The notes beneath the pieces were generated by a model. It did not search any database and was not told the origin of the DNA. It was given only the letters and a program-made list of their open reading frames with translations. Shown piece by piece: positions 10,223 through 20,761 of a stretch of 43,844 nucleotides of DNA. The DNA is taken from sequence record SRR16203515_1307. The stretch is one strand, 5' to 3'. Numbering within the stretch: position 1 is the first letter of the stretch; every line of letters starts with the position of its first letter. The translations under genes and the position numbers were made by a program.

Positions 10223-10855
10223 GTGACTCTATCTGAAAAATTTATCTATTTGATGCGGCATGGGGAAATTGCTACTCCTGGTATTCTTGCGGGGAAAACA
10301 GACGTAGCCCTGTCTGAATTTGGCCGGCGTCAATTATGGCAAAGCGCTGAATCTGTGTCGCCAATACACCAATGCGTATCGTCACCTTTGCAACGATGCG
10401 CTTTGTGGGCAAAAGAGTTTTCGGATAAAAATAAACTCCCTTTGCAGATAGAACCTAATATCCAAGAAATGAACTTTGGCGATTGGGATGGAAAGCCTTA
10501 CCAAAGCTTATGGGAGTCCAAATCAAATCCTGAAAATCCCAAAAACGAAACGATTAGCATTGGTGACTTCTGGCAGAACCCATGGAAAATAACACCTCCT
10601 AATGGCGAATCAATGCAAGCATTCTCCGATCGAATTGATAGATGGTGGCAGCAATTCATATTATCAAATCATCAAGGAAATACGCTCGTTGTTGCTCACG
10701 GGGGCGTGATAAAGTATCTAGTCGCTAAATTCATGGGGATCCCCATAAATAATGGCAGTTACCTTGGCAATATCAATATAGGATATGCGAGCGTAATAAA
10801 GTTATCGCTGTTTATCGATGAGAGTGACAAAGTTTGGACACGTGTTCACCTCTAA
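10223..10855 (+). CDS. cobC: Histidine phosphatase, probable alpha-ribazole/adenosylcobalamin phosphatase
   Basis: RHG, SSPLQRC, EMNFGDWDG, PPNGES, HGGVI; adjacent to the cob cluster. Confidence 0.8.
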   Translation: MTLSEKFIYLMRHGEIATPGILAGKTDVALSEFGRRQLWQSAESVSPIHQCVSSPLQRCALWAKEFSDKNKLPLQIEPNIQEMNFGDWDGKPYQSLWESKSNPENPKNETISIGDFWQNPWKITPPNGESMQAFSDRIDRWWQQFILSNHQGNTLVVAHGGVIKYLVAKFMGIPINNGSYLGNINIGYASVIKLSLFIDESDKVWTRVHL

Positions 10856-10980
10856 ATTGCCCAAAAAGCCTGCTATCTTTGTGAAAGTATCTTTGTGCAA
10901 TTATCCTATTCTCTAAATCAAGTTTAGCTTGCTATTTTGCGTCAAATATCGATAATCGCGTGCAGTAATGAAAAGTCATT

Positions 10981-11145
10981 AATTTTTGATGATATCGCCA
11001 ATTGACGCGATATTTGGGAATGTGGTGAAAATCCACAACTGTGCCCGCAACTGTAAGAATAAGCCTACTAACATTGGCTAACTTCAAGTCAGGATACCCA
11101 TCAAAAATTAATTTGTACTATTAGGTCGAGCGGGTTACTCGAACA
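10981..11145 (+). ncRNA. Cobalamin riboswitch 1
   Basis: GGGAA-TGTGG-TGAAAAT-CCACA-ACTGTGCCCGCAACTGT core, AGTCAGGA-TACC; P1 AATTTTTGATG/CATCAAAAATT; P13 hairpin at 11126-11142 with GCGGG complementary to L5 CCCGC. Confidence 0.9.
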
Positions 11146-11208
11146 TTGTATATTCAATTCTTTGATTGTATTAGCGATATTTTATTTCTTAGGTATCGCT
11201 GAATAAGA

Positions 11209-12075
11209 TTGTCTGTGCCCTGTTTGTCCGCCTTGTGCGAGAAAATAACAGTGAATCACCCAAAATCCCAAGCATCGCTACTATCGGTAGAGCAACTTAG
11301 TTGGTCAACTGAGAATAACGCGATCCTGTCTGATATTGGGTTCAACGTCCCACACGGCAGTTTTACGGGGATTTTAGGGCCTAATGGCGCGGGAAAATCA
11401 ACGCTATTAAGATGTTTGTATCGTTATTTAGAGCCTGACAGTGGCTCCATTACATTTGACGGTCAAGACATAAGTGAATTCACGGCCAATGACTACGCCA
11501 AAAAGGTCGCCGTAGTATTACAAGAAACCCCATCACACTTTAATTTAACGTTACACGATGTTGTTGCACTTGGCTTGATCCCGCATAAAGGTATTTTCAC
11601 ACGAGCAAGTGAAAGTGATCGTGAGAAAATCGCTCAAGCTATTGAACAAGTTGGCTTAAGCCACAAAGAAAAACAAAGCTTCGAGCATTTATCCGGCGGT
11701 GAAAAGCAACGAGCATTGATAGCACGTGCGATTGTGCAATCTCCTAAATTGTTGATCATGGATGAACCAACCAGTCATCTCGATGTTCGGTATCAAATTC
11801 AAATTATGGAATTGGCTAAATCACTCGATATCACCGTGATAGCCTCGTTTCATGACCTAAATCTAGCCAGTGCAATGTGCGATAACTTACTTGTACTTGC
11901 AGAGGGCAAGCTAGTTGCTCAAGGCAATCCTAATGAGGTGATAACGACCGATATGTTGTCAGATGTTTTTGGTGTCTGCGCGCAAATAACCGAACACCAT
12001 CAACATAAAGTGCCGCATATTTCTTATTATTACGGTTACATGGAACAGCACAAAAAGGAGATTGATGGTGTTTAG
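11209..12075 (+). CDS. Cobalamin/iron-chelate ABC transporter ATP-binding protein (BtuD-like)
   Basis: GPNGAGKST, LSGGEKQR, MDEPT; true start may be GTG 11251; under a B12 riboswitch. Confidence 0.88.
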   Translation: MSVPCLSALCEKITVNHPKSQASLLSVEQLSWSTENNAILSDIGFNVPHGSFTGILGPNGAGKSTLLRCLYRYLEPDSGSITFDGQDISEFTANDYAKKVAVVLQETPSHFNLTLHDVVALGLIPHKGIFTRASESDREKIAQAIEQVGLSHKEKQSFEHLSGGEKQRALIARAIVQSPKLLIMDEPTSHLDVRYQIQIMELAKSLDITVIASFHDLNLASAMCDNLLVLAEGKLVAQGNPNEVITTDMLSDVFGVCAQITEHHQHKVPHISYYYGYMEQHKKEIDGV

Positions 12076-13093
12076 TCAATCTTCGCTGAATCCACCTATT
12101 ATTATTTCTATCAGTCTTAGTTTGCTGGTATTTAGTTTTTTTTGCGCGCTTTCCTTCGGTGCTGCCAATATTACTTTTGCCGATGTTTGGGCGACCTTTT
12201 ATACTTCGGCGGACGCTGAAAGCGAAACACCAGCGTTTGTTAGTCGAATTATTTGGGAGCTTAGAATGCCTCGTGCGGTTCTTGCTTTCTTAGCGGGGAC
12301 AGGGCTGGCTGTTTCCGGTTTAATTCTTCAAACGGTAACTCGCAATCCACTTGCTGATCCCTACCTTTTTGGTATTTCATCCGGTGCTTCATTGGGCGTG
12401 GTAATTCTTATCGCCTTTACAGGTGGCGTGTTCACAATCATGACACCCGTTGCTGCTTTTATTGGTAGCTTGGTGGCGATGGTCATGCTATTGCTTATTT
12501 CGGCGCGTCGGCAAAGCCAGCAAGTCGAATCTATGTTGCTAGCGGGCGTGGCATTATCATTCTTATTCAGTTCATGTACTAGCTTATTGCTTTATCACAC
12601 AGACCCTCAAGCAGTTACGGCTGTACTTTTTTGGACTATGGGCAGTTTCACGCGCGCGCAGTGGGAGCTTTTGTGGTTTCCTGCGCTTGTTATTACTTCA
12701 TGCATCGTGCTGATGCTGGCGTATCGTCGTCAACTCAATGCGATGCTTTTAGGTGATGAAAGCGCTACGACTTTAGGTATTAAAGTTGGTCGATTTCGTA
12801 TCCTTATGTTGCTATTGAGTTCATTAATCACCGCAACGCTTGTTTCGCTTTGCGGCGGTATCGGATTTGTCGGGTTGATGATCCCACATATTGTGCGTTT
12901 CTTCGTTTCACAAGGGACAGTATTTGGCATTTTATTAACAGCACTTGCTGGCGGTATTTTCATGATTTGGGTCGATATTCTCTCGCGTATCGTGCTAGAA
13001 AATCAGGAGCTGCCGATCGGTGTTATAACGGCAGCAAGTGGCAGCTTGTTCTTCCTAAATCTACTCTATTTTCGCAAAAATAGGCCCAGTTAA
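12062..13093 (+). CDS. FecCD/BtuC-family ABC permease
   Basis: LRMPR, RNPLADPYLFGISSGA, LGDESATTLG, GFVGLMIPH, LPIGVIT. Confidence 0.9.
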   Translation: MMVFSQSSLNPPIIISISLSLLVFSFFCALSFGAANITFADVWATFYTSADAESETPAFVSRIIWELRMPRAVLAFLAGTGLAVSGLILQTVTRNPLADPYLFGISSGASLGVVILIAFTGGVFTIMTPVAAFIGSLVAMVMLLLISARRQSQQVESMLLAGVALSFLFSSCTSLLLYHTDPQAVTAVLFWTMGSFTRAQWELLWFPALVITSCIVLMLAYRRQLNAMLLGDESATTLGIKVGRFRILMLLLSSLITATLVSLCGGIGFVGLMIPHIVRFFVSQGTVFGILLTALAGGIFMIWVDILSRIVLENQELPIGVITAASGSLFFLNLLYFRKNRPS

Positions 13094-13105
13094 ATAAGGT
13101 TTACT

Positions 13106-14164
13106 ATGACATATCACATAGATCCTGTTTCTCACGGAAATGACGAAACTATTCAAGCGACCATTGATGGTAAAACAAAGCCCTTAGGTGCTCTTGGGCA
13201 ACTTGAAGACGTTGCCAAGAATATTGCCCGTGTTCAGTATTTGGCGGAAGGAAATAACACGGAGAATAAACTTGCTATCGAAGCACCTAGCCTGTTTATC
13301 TTTGCTGGCGATCATGGCATTGCCAATGAAGGCGTTTCTATTGCACCCAGTGAAGTAACCGGGCAAATGGTCGCGAACTTCGCCAATGGCGGGGCGGCGA
13401 TTAACGTTTTTTGTCGTCAACTTGGCTGGCAGCTCAATGTTGTTGATGCTGGGATTTTAGAAGCGCCAGCAGAAGAGCTTGGCATTATTAGTCAACGCTT
13501 AGGCAATATCACGCAGCCTTTCAATCAAACAAGTGCAATGTCTATCGAACAAGTTGAATTAGGCTTTGATCTTTCAAGCAAGTTAATTAAGAAAACCAAG
13601 GCGACAGGTTGCAATTTAGTCGCCTTTGGCGAAATGGGCATTGGCAATACAAGCTCTGCTTCAGCTTTGATGTCGGCGTTTTTAGCGCTACCTGCAACAG
13701 AAACTGTTGGAAAAGGCACAGGTGTTTCTGATGACATCGTGTTGAAAAAAATTGAAGTTGTGCAACAAGCGTTAGCACTTCACGCTGAAAATTTAACAGC
13801 TCCAAAAGAAATATTAGCGCGACTTGGCGGACACGAAATCGTGCAAATAACTGGCGCTATGCTCGCAGCAGCCGAGGAAAAAATGCATATCGTTGTTGAC
13901 GGCTTTATTTGTACCGCAGCAGCGATAGCGGCAATTAAAATAAATGCCAATGTTAAAGACTATATGATATTTGCCCATTGCTCAGGCGAACAAGGACATC
14001 AAAAAATGTTAGCGCATTTAGAGGTTACTCCCTTATTAGATCTTGGCCTACGTTTAGGTGAAGGCACAGGCGCAGCCATAGCATTGCCCCTTATTCAAGC
14101 ATCGGTGAATTTCTACAACGAAATGGCGAGCTTTGCTCAAGCGGAAGTGACGAATGTTGTCTAA
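13106..14164 (+). CDS. cobT: Nicotinate-nucleotide--dimethylbenzimidazole phosphoribosyltransferase
   Basis: KTKPLGALGQLE, FAGDHG, GEMGIGNT, LRLGEGTGA. Confidence 0.95.
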   Translation: MTYHIDPVSHGNDETIQATIDGKTKPLGALGQLEDVAKNIARVQYLAEGNNTENKLAIEAPSLFIFAGDHGIANEGVSIAPSEVTGQMVANFANGGAAINVFCRQLGWQLNVVDAGILEAPAEELGIISQRLGNITQPFNQTSAMSIEQVELGFDLSSKLIKKTKATGCNLVAFGEMGIGNTSSASALMSAFLALPATETVGKGTGVSDDIVLKKIEVVQQALALHAENLTAPKEILARLGGHEIVQITGAMLAAAEEKMHIVVDGFICTAAAIAAIKINANVKDYMIFAHCSGEQGHQKMLAHLEVTPLLDLGLRLGEGTGAAIALPLIQASVNFYNEMASFAQAEVTNVV

Positions 14165-14208
14165 GTGCCACATTACCAATGCCGTAATTTCAACTCGGCT
14201 TTTCTGTT

Positions 14209-15060
14209 GTGATGAATATGCGCTTTATGTCGAATAAGTCATCTGCGCCAAATAAGTCTTTTATGCAGACACTCAAAATACAATGGCAACTTGTCTTATT
14301 AGCCTTGAGTTTTTTCACGCGCGTCCCCGTAAAAATGAGCGCTGAAGTTGACAGTGAAATGCTCAACAAAGCGAGTCGGTATTTTGCTTTAATTGGTCTT
14401 TTTGTTGGTCTTGTTTGCGCGTTAGTGTATGCAGTTTCTCTTGAAGTTTTTCCGAAGAATATCGCCATTATTTTAGCGATTGCTGTTGGTGTGTTATTAA
14501 CAGGTGCTTTTCATGAAGACGGTTGGGCAGATGTTTGGGATGGTTTCGGCGGTGGCTGGACAGTTGAGCAAAAGCTAAACATCATGAAAGATAGTCGATT
14601 AGGCACTTATGGTGCAGCATCTTTATTTCTTATTTTGGCATTGAAGTTTTATGGTTTGTTAGCGCTTGCTTCGCCTGTTTTAGCTTTAATTTTAGGTCAT
14701 ACGCTAAGTCGAGTTGTCGCGACTAGCCTTATTTTCGACATGGCTTATGTAGCTGAAGACGCTACGTCAAAGGCAAAGCCCCTTGCACAAACGTTATCAA
14801 ATCGCAGCCTAATGATCTTGTTACTAACAGGCGCTCTGGTGCTCTTTCTCAGTGTAGAAATTACACTCGCCATTGTACTCATAGCGATATTAATAGTGAC
14901 AAGAACGGTGCTGAAATTTTGGTTCACTAACCAGTTAGGTGGCTATACTGGCGATTGTTTAGGCGCGGCGCAACAGGCAACTGAAGTGGTTATTTATCTG
15001 TCGCTAATTGCACTCACAAACCAAGTCACAATTGATGCGCTTATTGGGAGTGGTTGGTGA
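14209..15060 (+). CDS. cobS: Adenosylcobinamide-GDP ribazoletransferase (cobalamin synthase)
   Basis: FFTRVP, TGAFHEDGWADVWDG, IMKDSRLGTYG, GGYTGDCLGA; start uncertain. Confidence 0.95.
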   Translation: MMNMRFMSNKSSAPNKSFMQTLKIQWQLVLLALSFFTRVPVKMSAEVDSEMLNKASRYFALIGLFVGLVCALVYAVSLEVFPKNIAIILAIAVGVLLTGAFHEDGWADVWDGFGGGWTVEQKLNIMKDSRLGTYGAASLFLILALKFYGLLALASPVLALILGHTLSRVVATSLIFDMAYVAEDATSKAKPLAQTLSNRSLMILLLTGALVLFLSVEITLAIVLIAILIVTRTVLKFWFTNQLGGYTGDCLGAAQQATEVVIYLSLIALTNQVTIDALIGSGW

Positions 15061-15755
15061 GTAAATCTATCAATAAAAGTACAAGCAATATTGCCTCAAT
15101 GATGAGTGATATTCACTTAATTATTGGCGGTGCTCGTTCAGGGAAGAGTCGGTTAGCTGAAAACCAAGCGCAAGCATTTGAACAGCAACATGCAAACGCC
15201 AAAGTGTCTTATGTCGCAACAGCACAAGCGTTAGATAACGAAATGTCAGAAAGGATCGCAAAACACCAATCGCAAAGACCAAACCATTGGCATTTGATTG
15301 AAGCGCCAAGGCATTTAGCTCAATCGCTTTCAGGGCTCGTTAAAGATAATGACCAGCCACACTGTATTTTGGTTGACTGTTTAACACTGTGGCTGAGTAA
15401 CGCAGTTTGTGACGAAAATGATGAAACATGGCCTACAGAAAAAGCACAATTGTTAACGTTTATAGAAACGTTTCAAAGCTCATTTAATAACAGCTCTGCT
15501 AACGAAATCCGAGCGGCTAAACCGCCAGTAAAAATTATTCTAGTCAGCAACGAAGTAGGCCACGGCATCGTGCCGATGGGCGAGCTTTCGCGGAACTTCG
15601 TTGATCAGGCAGGGTGGTTACATCAAGCACTTGCAGAAAAAGCAGAACGGGTTGATTTTGTCATGGCCGGTATTGCGCTGCCGCTTAAAGCACCTAAAGA
15701 ATTGAGCTTGTCAGTTGAATCGACAGGTACGAAACAAGCAAAGGATACAAAATGA
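15054..15755 (+). CDS. cobU: Bifunctional adenosylcobinamide kinase/phosphate guanylyltransferase
   Basis: [34 protein letters not shown]; start may be about 45 nt later. Confidence 0.95.
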   Translation: MVSKSINKSTSNIASMMSDIHLIIGGARSGKSRLAENQAQAFEQQHANAKVSYVATAQALDNEMSERIAKHQSQRPNHWHLIEAPRHLAQSLSGLVKDNDQPHCILVDCLTLWLSNAVCDENDETWPTEKAQLLTFIETFQSSFNNSSANEIRAAKPPVKIILVSNEVGHGIVPMGELSRNFVDQAGWLHQALAEKAERVDFVMAGIALPLKAPKELSLSVESTGTKQAKDTK

Positions 15756-17305
15756 AAACCTTAATGGTGCAGGGCACTACATCAGACGCTGGAAAAAGTA
15801 CTTTGGTTGCTGGATTGTGCCGTGTATTTGCAGACAAAGGTTATTCTGTTGCACCTTTCAAACCGCAAAATATGGCGTTGAATAGCGCTGTAACTGAAGA
15901 CGGCGGCGAAATTGGGCGTGCACAGGCTTTACAGGCGGTTGCTGCAAGGGTCCCTTTGAGTGTTCACTTTAACCCCATTTTGTTAAAACCTAATAGTGAT
16001 ACCGGCGCTCAGGTAATTGTGCATGGCAAAGCCTTATCAAACATGGAAGCCGACAGCTACCACGACTATAAAAAGGTCGCGATGGATGCAGTACTCAAAT
16101 CTCATCAAAAACTGAGTGAAAGCTTTGACATTTTAATGGTTGAAGGCGCGGGTAGCCCAGCTGAAATTAACCTTCGAGAAAATGATATTGCCAATATGGG
16201 CTATGCAGAAGAGGTAGATTGCCCTGTCATAATTGTTGCCGATATCGATAAAGGTGGCGTATTTGCACATCTAGTAGGTACGCTCGAATTACTCTCACCG
16301 TCAGAGCAAAACCGCGTTAAAGGCTTTGTTATAAATAGATTTCGTGGTGATATCAAACTACTCGAGTCTGGCTTGGATTGGTTAGAACAAAGAACCGGAA
16401 AGCCCGTGCTTGGAGTTCTACCTTATTTGCATGACTTAGCCTTAGATGCAGAAGACGCTATCGCCATTGATAACAAAGTGGACGACAAACAAATATCGAT
16501 AGTCGTGCCGCTATTCCCTCACATTAGCAATCACACTGATTTTGATGCACTTAGACTTCACCCCCAGATTGACCTACGCTATGTTCGAATTGGCGAGCGC
16601 ATCGGTCACGCTGACTTAATCATTTTGCCAGGCAGTAAAAACGTCATTAGTGACTTAGCGTTTTTAAAAGGACAAGGATGGCAAACGGAGATTGAAAAGC
16701 ACCTCAGGTATGGTGGAAAAGTGCTTGGTATTTGTGGCGGGTTTCAAATGTTAGGTATGCAAATTTCAGATCCAGACAATATTGAATCAAGCGCTATCAA
16801 TGGCTTATCTAATACCGTAGAAGGGCTAGCACTTGCTGATTTTACAACGATACTCACGCCTGAAAAAACCTTAACTCAGGTAGCAGGAAAAATAACGCTT
16901 TCGAATAAAACGGGCGATATCAAAGGTTACGAAATTCATTGTGGTGTTTCTACTGGACCAGCTTTAATTCAGCCGTTGGTAACGAGTTTAACGACCAACG
17001 AACAAAATACGAATAACACACTTAGCAATAAACAAAATATCGATGGGTTCGTCTCTGAAGATGAACAAATTGCAGGCACCTATGTGCATGGTCTTTTTGA
17101 CAGTGCTGCGGTCACTAAATTGGTGCTTGATTGGGTAGCCCCTAATAACTCGGTATATGAAGCAATCGACATTGATGAGCACCGTGAAATACAACTTAAT
17201 CGTTTAGCGAAAGTGTGCAATCAACATATGGATATCGACAAAATAGCCGCAATTCTCACACAAGGTATGGATGCGGGTACTAAGCAACAAACGGTAAACC
17301 GATGA
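15752..17305 (+). CDS. cobQ: Cobyric acid synthase
   Basis: [52 protein letters not shown]. Confidence 0.95.
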   Translation: MKTLMVQGTTSDAGKSTLVAGLCRVFADKGYSVAPFKPQNMALNSAVTEDGGEIGRAQALQAVAARVPLSVHFNPILLKPNSDTGAQVIVHGKALSNMEADSYHDYKKVAMDAVLKSHQKLSESFDILMVEGAGSPAEINLRENDIANMGYAEEVDCPVIIVADIDKGGVFAHLVGTLELLSPSEQNRVKGFVINRFRGDIKLLESGLDWLEQRTGKPVLGVLPYLHDLALDAEDAIAIDNKVDDKQISIVVPLFPHISNHTDFDALRLHPQIDLRYVRIGERIGHADLIILPGSKNVISDLAFLKGQGWQTEIEKHLRYGGKVLGICGGFQMLGMQISDPDNIESSAINGLSNTVEGLALADFTTILTPEKTLTQVAGKITLSNKTGDIKGYEIHCGVSTGPALIQPLVTSLTTNEQNTNNTLSNKQNIDGFVSEDEQIAGTYVHGLFDSAAVTKLVLDWVAPNNSVYEAIDIDEHREIQLNRLAKVCNQHMDIDKIAAILTQGMDAGTKQQTVNR

Positions 17306-17343
17306 TGATTTCAAAAACTGATATATGCCTAACAAGGATTTTT

Positions 17344-18222
17344 ATGAAGAAGTTAAACGTTGCCAAAGCTGCACTGATTAAATTCGGGGTGTTAATGCTC
17401 ATGTGCAGCATAGGTGTTACTAGCAACGCCGTCGCAGAGGAGCAAGGGGAAAAACAAGCTAATGATATGCGAATTGTTGCGCTAGCCCCTCATATTGTAG
17501 AAATGCTTTTTGATATTGGTGTTGGCGACAAAATAGTTGGCGCGGTGGAGTATTCTGATCACCCAGAAGCTGCACTCGACATTCCACGTGTCGGCGGTTA
17601 TCACGGTATGAAGATTGAAAAAATCTTAGAGCTTCAGCCAGATCTAGTCATTGCATGGCAGTCTGGTAATCAAGTTTCAGACATTGAAAAAATGCAGAAA
17701 TTAGGGCTGAAAGTGGTATTTAGTAACCCTAGCGATATTGCCGATGTGGCTAAAGAACTTCGCTATTTCGGCTCGCTTACGGGTAGTGATGTCGCCGCTG
17801 AAAAAGCAGCGACCCAGTATGAAAATGACTTAACAGCAATTCGAGAAAAACATAAAAACAGTAAACCTGTACCTGTGTTTTATCAGCTTTGGCCGGAGCC
17901 AATGATGACGATAAATAAAGAAACGTGGATAAATCAGCTTATCGAAATTTGTCAGGGGCAAAATGTCTTTGGAGATAACCCAACCGCTTACCCCAAAATT
18001 GGTATTGAAAATGTCATAGTCGCCCAACCTGAAGTTATTGTGATGCCAAATGAGCGTTCTGATAAAGAACAGCCCGTAATCGATTGGAGCAAATGGCCAG
18101 AAATTCCAGCGGTAAAAAACGACCGCTTTGTCCGTGTAAACGCAGATTTGTTGCACCGTTTTTCAACCCGCATGTTAAAGGGCGTGGAAGACTTGTGCAC
18201 AAAAATTGATGCTGTCCGTTAG
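17344..18222 (+). CDS. btuF: Periplasmic cobalamin-binding protein
   Basis: Signal peptide, RIVALAPHIVE, EYSDHP, EKILELQPDLV; ATG 17344 follows AAGGA (ORF is open from 17302). Confidence 0.88.
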   Translation: MKKLNVAKAALIKFGVLMLMCSIGVTSNAVAEEQGEKQANDMRIVALAPHIVEMLFDIGVGDKIVGAVEYSDHPEAALDIPRVGGYHGMKIEKILELQPDLVIAWQSGNQVSDIEKMQKLGLKVVFSNPSDIADVAKELRYFGSLTGSDVAAEKAATQYENDLTAIREKHKNSKPVPVFYQLWPEPMMTINKETWINQLIEICQGQNVFGDNPTAYPKIGIENVIVAQPEVIVMPNERSDKEQPVIDWSKWPEIPAVKNDRFVRVNADLLHRFSTRMLKGVEDLCTKIDAVR

Positions 18223-18269
18223 GCAGTATCCTTAAAAAAGAACCGATAGAATAATTCTATCAATATATG

Positions 18270-18455
18270 TCAGGTAGATTGGGGAAACCGATGAAAGTTT
18301 GGTACTGCCCCCGCAACGGTAATTTACATGTTTGTATGTAATTAGTCCGACACCCAACACCTGATTAATTGTCGCTTTGGCACTTAAATTAAACACTTAA
18401 ACAAGTGAAGCAAAGGCTTAAAAGCGAACAACATGGAGCGGTGGGCTTCATAGAG
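18270..18455 (+). ncRNA. Cobalamin riboswitch 2 (btuB leader)
   Basis: GGGGAA-ACCGA-TGAAAG-TTTGGT-ACTGCCCCCGCAACGGT core, AGTCCGA-CACCC; P1 TCAGGT/ACCTGA; P13 ATGGAGCGGTGGGCTTCAT directly before the SD. Confidence 0.9.
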
Positions 18456-18464
18456 AGAGGTAAC

Positions 18465-20345
18465 ATGAAAACACAAACATCAAACAAAACATTTAACAAA
18501 AAACTAGCTCATCTTGCGGTAGCTGCGGCAATAACGACAACATTTGCATCCTCATCATCTGTAGCTTTTGAAGCAACGGCAGAGGAAGCGATTGAAAACA
18601 TCGTTGTTACTGCGAACAGAACGCCACAAGATCAATTCTTAGCGCTTTCTTCGACGCATGTGATTACATCTGAAGAAATCACTGCTTTACAACCACAAAA
18701 TATCGGCGAGCTTTTAGAGCGTGTTGCTGGCGTTAGCGTTGCAACACTTGGCGGTCCAGGTCAATCTACATCGGTATATTTACGTGGTACTAACAGCAAC
18801 CATACTTTAGTTTTGGTTGACGGCGTACGTGTAAGTTCTGCCACTTTAGGTTCAACAAACTTCTCTTCTATGTCTGTTGGTCAAGTACAGCGTGTTGAAA
18901 TCGTTAAAGGCCCACGTGCGGCTCTTTGGGGGTCTGACGCGATTGGTGGCGTTATTCAAATATTTACTAAGAAACTAGATAACGGTGAAGGAAATGTCGC
19001 TGCTGGTTTTGGTAGCTTTGGATTCTGGAAAACTGAAGGTTCGGTAGGTTTCGGTAACGAAAAACATAACCTGACGTTGGCAGGTTCTCTTGAAGAGAGT
19101 AAAGGTTTTAACGTTTCAGAGTTTGACGGTCAAGAAGACAAAGACGGATACAACCGTCGCGCTATTAGTGCTGTAGGTAACAGCCAATTTACTGATGAAA
19201 TTTCAGGACAATTAGTCGGTCGCTACGAAAAAGGCGGTGCAGAGTATGATACTAAGTGGGCAGGCAGTGCCGACGAGAATGAATATGAAAACTACTCTGC
19301 CAAATTAGGCAGCCAATACAAATCTGATGCTATTTATGCTGAAGTAAGTGTAGCTACTATGAAAGACCAAGGCGGCACGTTTGTTAGTGACGACAAGGCA
19401 AATTCGCTTTCAGAAATCACCACTAAACGTAACCAATTCGGTTTGTTAGGTCAGTACATGTTTTCTGACGACACAAGTGCTACCGCTGGTTTTGATTGGT
19501 ACAAAGAAAAAGTATCGGCTGGCGATCTTGATAGCTGGACACCAGGCAACCAATCGTGGTCAAAAGATTCTCGTACAACAAAAGCGTTTTACGTTTTAGG
19601 TCGTCATCAAATGAATAGCTTTTTATTCGAAGGTGCTGTTCGTCGTGACGATATTCAAGGACTTGATGCAGAAACCACATACAATTTATCAGTAGGTTAT
19701 CAACTAAATGCTGATTGGTTAGTAAGTGCTAGCCGAGGTACAGGTTTTAAAGCGCCTACGTTTAACGACCTATACTGGCCTGGTTCAGGTAACCCACTAC
19801 TTAAACCTGAAAAAGTAGAAAGCAACGAAGTGCTTGTTCGCGGTCAGTTAGAAAACGCTGATATCGAGGTAAGCGTTTATGATTCTAAAATTGAAGATTT
19901 AATTGCATGGGCACCTGACGCTTCTGGCGCTTGGAGACCAATGAATATCAACCAAGCTGACATTCAAGGCATAGAGTTCACAGGCAATTATTACATTGGT
20001 GATTGGTCACATAACTTAGCAGCTACTTATGTGAAGACTGAAGATAAAAGCACAGGCAAAGAGCTTCTTCGTCGTCCTAAAGTTTCTGCAAACTATACGT
20101 TAGGTTATCAAGTAGGCGCTCTTACAGCTAACGCGACACTGAGATACCGTGGCGAAAGCATGGACGCAGGCGATGTGAAGTTAGCAAGTTCAGTTTTAAC
20201 TGACTTGTCGCTAAGTTATGAAGCAACTAATAGCCTGACGGTTATCGGTAAAGTGAACAACTTATTCGATAAAGACTACAAAATGGCTGAAGGTTACAAA
20301 ACGGCTGGTATTAACTACCAAGTAACGGCTGCTTACGCGTTCTAA
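18465..20345 (+). CDS. btuB: TonB-dependent vitamin B12 receptor
   Basis: TonB box ENIVVTANR, plug LRGTNSNHTLVLVDG, GFKAPTFNDLYWP, NLFDKDY, terminal F; ATG 18465 after GAGAGG. Confidence 0.92.
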   Translation: MKTQTSNKTFNKKLAHLAVAAAITTTFASSSSVAFEATAEEAIENIVVTANRTPQDQFLALSSTHVITSEEITALQPQNIGELLERVAGVSVATLGGPGQSTSVYLRGTNSNHTLVLVDGVRVSSATLGSTNFSSMSVGQVQRVEIVKGPRAALWGSDAIGGVIQIFTKKLDNGEGNVAAGFGSFGFWKTEGSVGFGNEKHNLTLAGSLEESKGFNVSEFDGQEDKDGYNRRAISAVGNSQFTDEISGQLVGRYEKGGAEYDTKWAGSADENEYENYSAKLGSQYKSDAIYAEVSVATMKDQGGTFVSDDKANSLSEITTKRNQFGLLGQYMFSDDTSATAGFDWYKEKVSAGDLDSWTPGNQSWSKDSRTTKAFYVLGRHQMNSFLFEGAVRRDDIQGLDAETTYNLSVGYQLNADWLVSASRGTGFKAPTFNDLYWPGSGNPLLKPEKVESNEVLVRGQLENADIEVSVYDSKIEDLIAWAPDASGAWRPMNINQADIQGIEFTGNYYIGDWSHNLAATYVKTEDKSTGKELLRRPKVSANYTLGYQVGALTANATLRYRGESMDAGDVKLASSVLTDLSLSYEATNSLTVIGKVNNLFDKDYKMAEGYKTAGINYQVTAAYAF

Positions 20346-20370
20346 GTTAAACCTAACTAAACTTTCTTAC

Positions 20371-20417
20371 AAAAAGACGCCACTGAGTAATTGTGAAATT
20401 ACCGTGTCGTCTTTTTT
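20371..20417. terminator. Terminator hairpin after btuB
   Basis: AAAAAGACG-CCAC...GTG-TCGTCTTTTTT between convergent genes. Confidence 0.7.
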
Positions 20418-20468
20418 ATTTCTAGACGTGATTTATTTTCAATATCTACTAATAAACTCTGAATTTAT

Positions 20469-20681
20469 TTACCGCGTGAAGAAATCAAAAACATTGCCTA
20501 AAGTGGAGCTACTACCTTTGTAAAACTCAGTAAAACCGCATCGCTCACAGGTAACCGCACTGTATTTATTGGCTTGAACATCGAATATTTTCGACCAAAA
20601 ACCACCTGCAACTCGAATTTCACCTGTATCGTATTCATCGTGACCGCACTTCATACATTGCCAATTTTCATGACGCATCAC
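20469..20681 (-). CDS. Small zinc-ribbon protein (DUF2082-like)
   Basis: CMKC...CERCGFTEFY, GGFWSKIFDVQ; GGAG RBS. Confidence 0.85.
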   Translation of the reverse strand: MMRHENWQCMKCGHDEYDTGEIRVAGGFWSKIFDVQANKYSAVTCERCGFTEFYKGSSSTLGNVFDFFTR

Positions 20682-20761
20682 TAACTCCTTCTGTAAGTTG
20701 AGTTTGGCTTGTTTCGAAGCATTTAATGCCTAGAAATAGCCTAATTCAAATGAATGTCTAC

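Noticed and set aside
10874-10897. TATCTTTGTG x2 upstream of riboswitch 1
   Set aside because: 14-nt period, two copies only; cannot be distinguished from a small tandem duplication
20378-20386. GCCACTG, resembling a cobalamin riboswitch motif, after btuB
   Set aside because: Part of the terminator stem; no GGGAA/CCCGC core nearby
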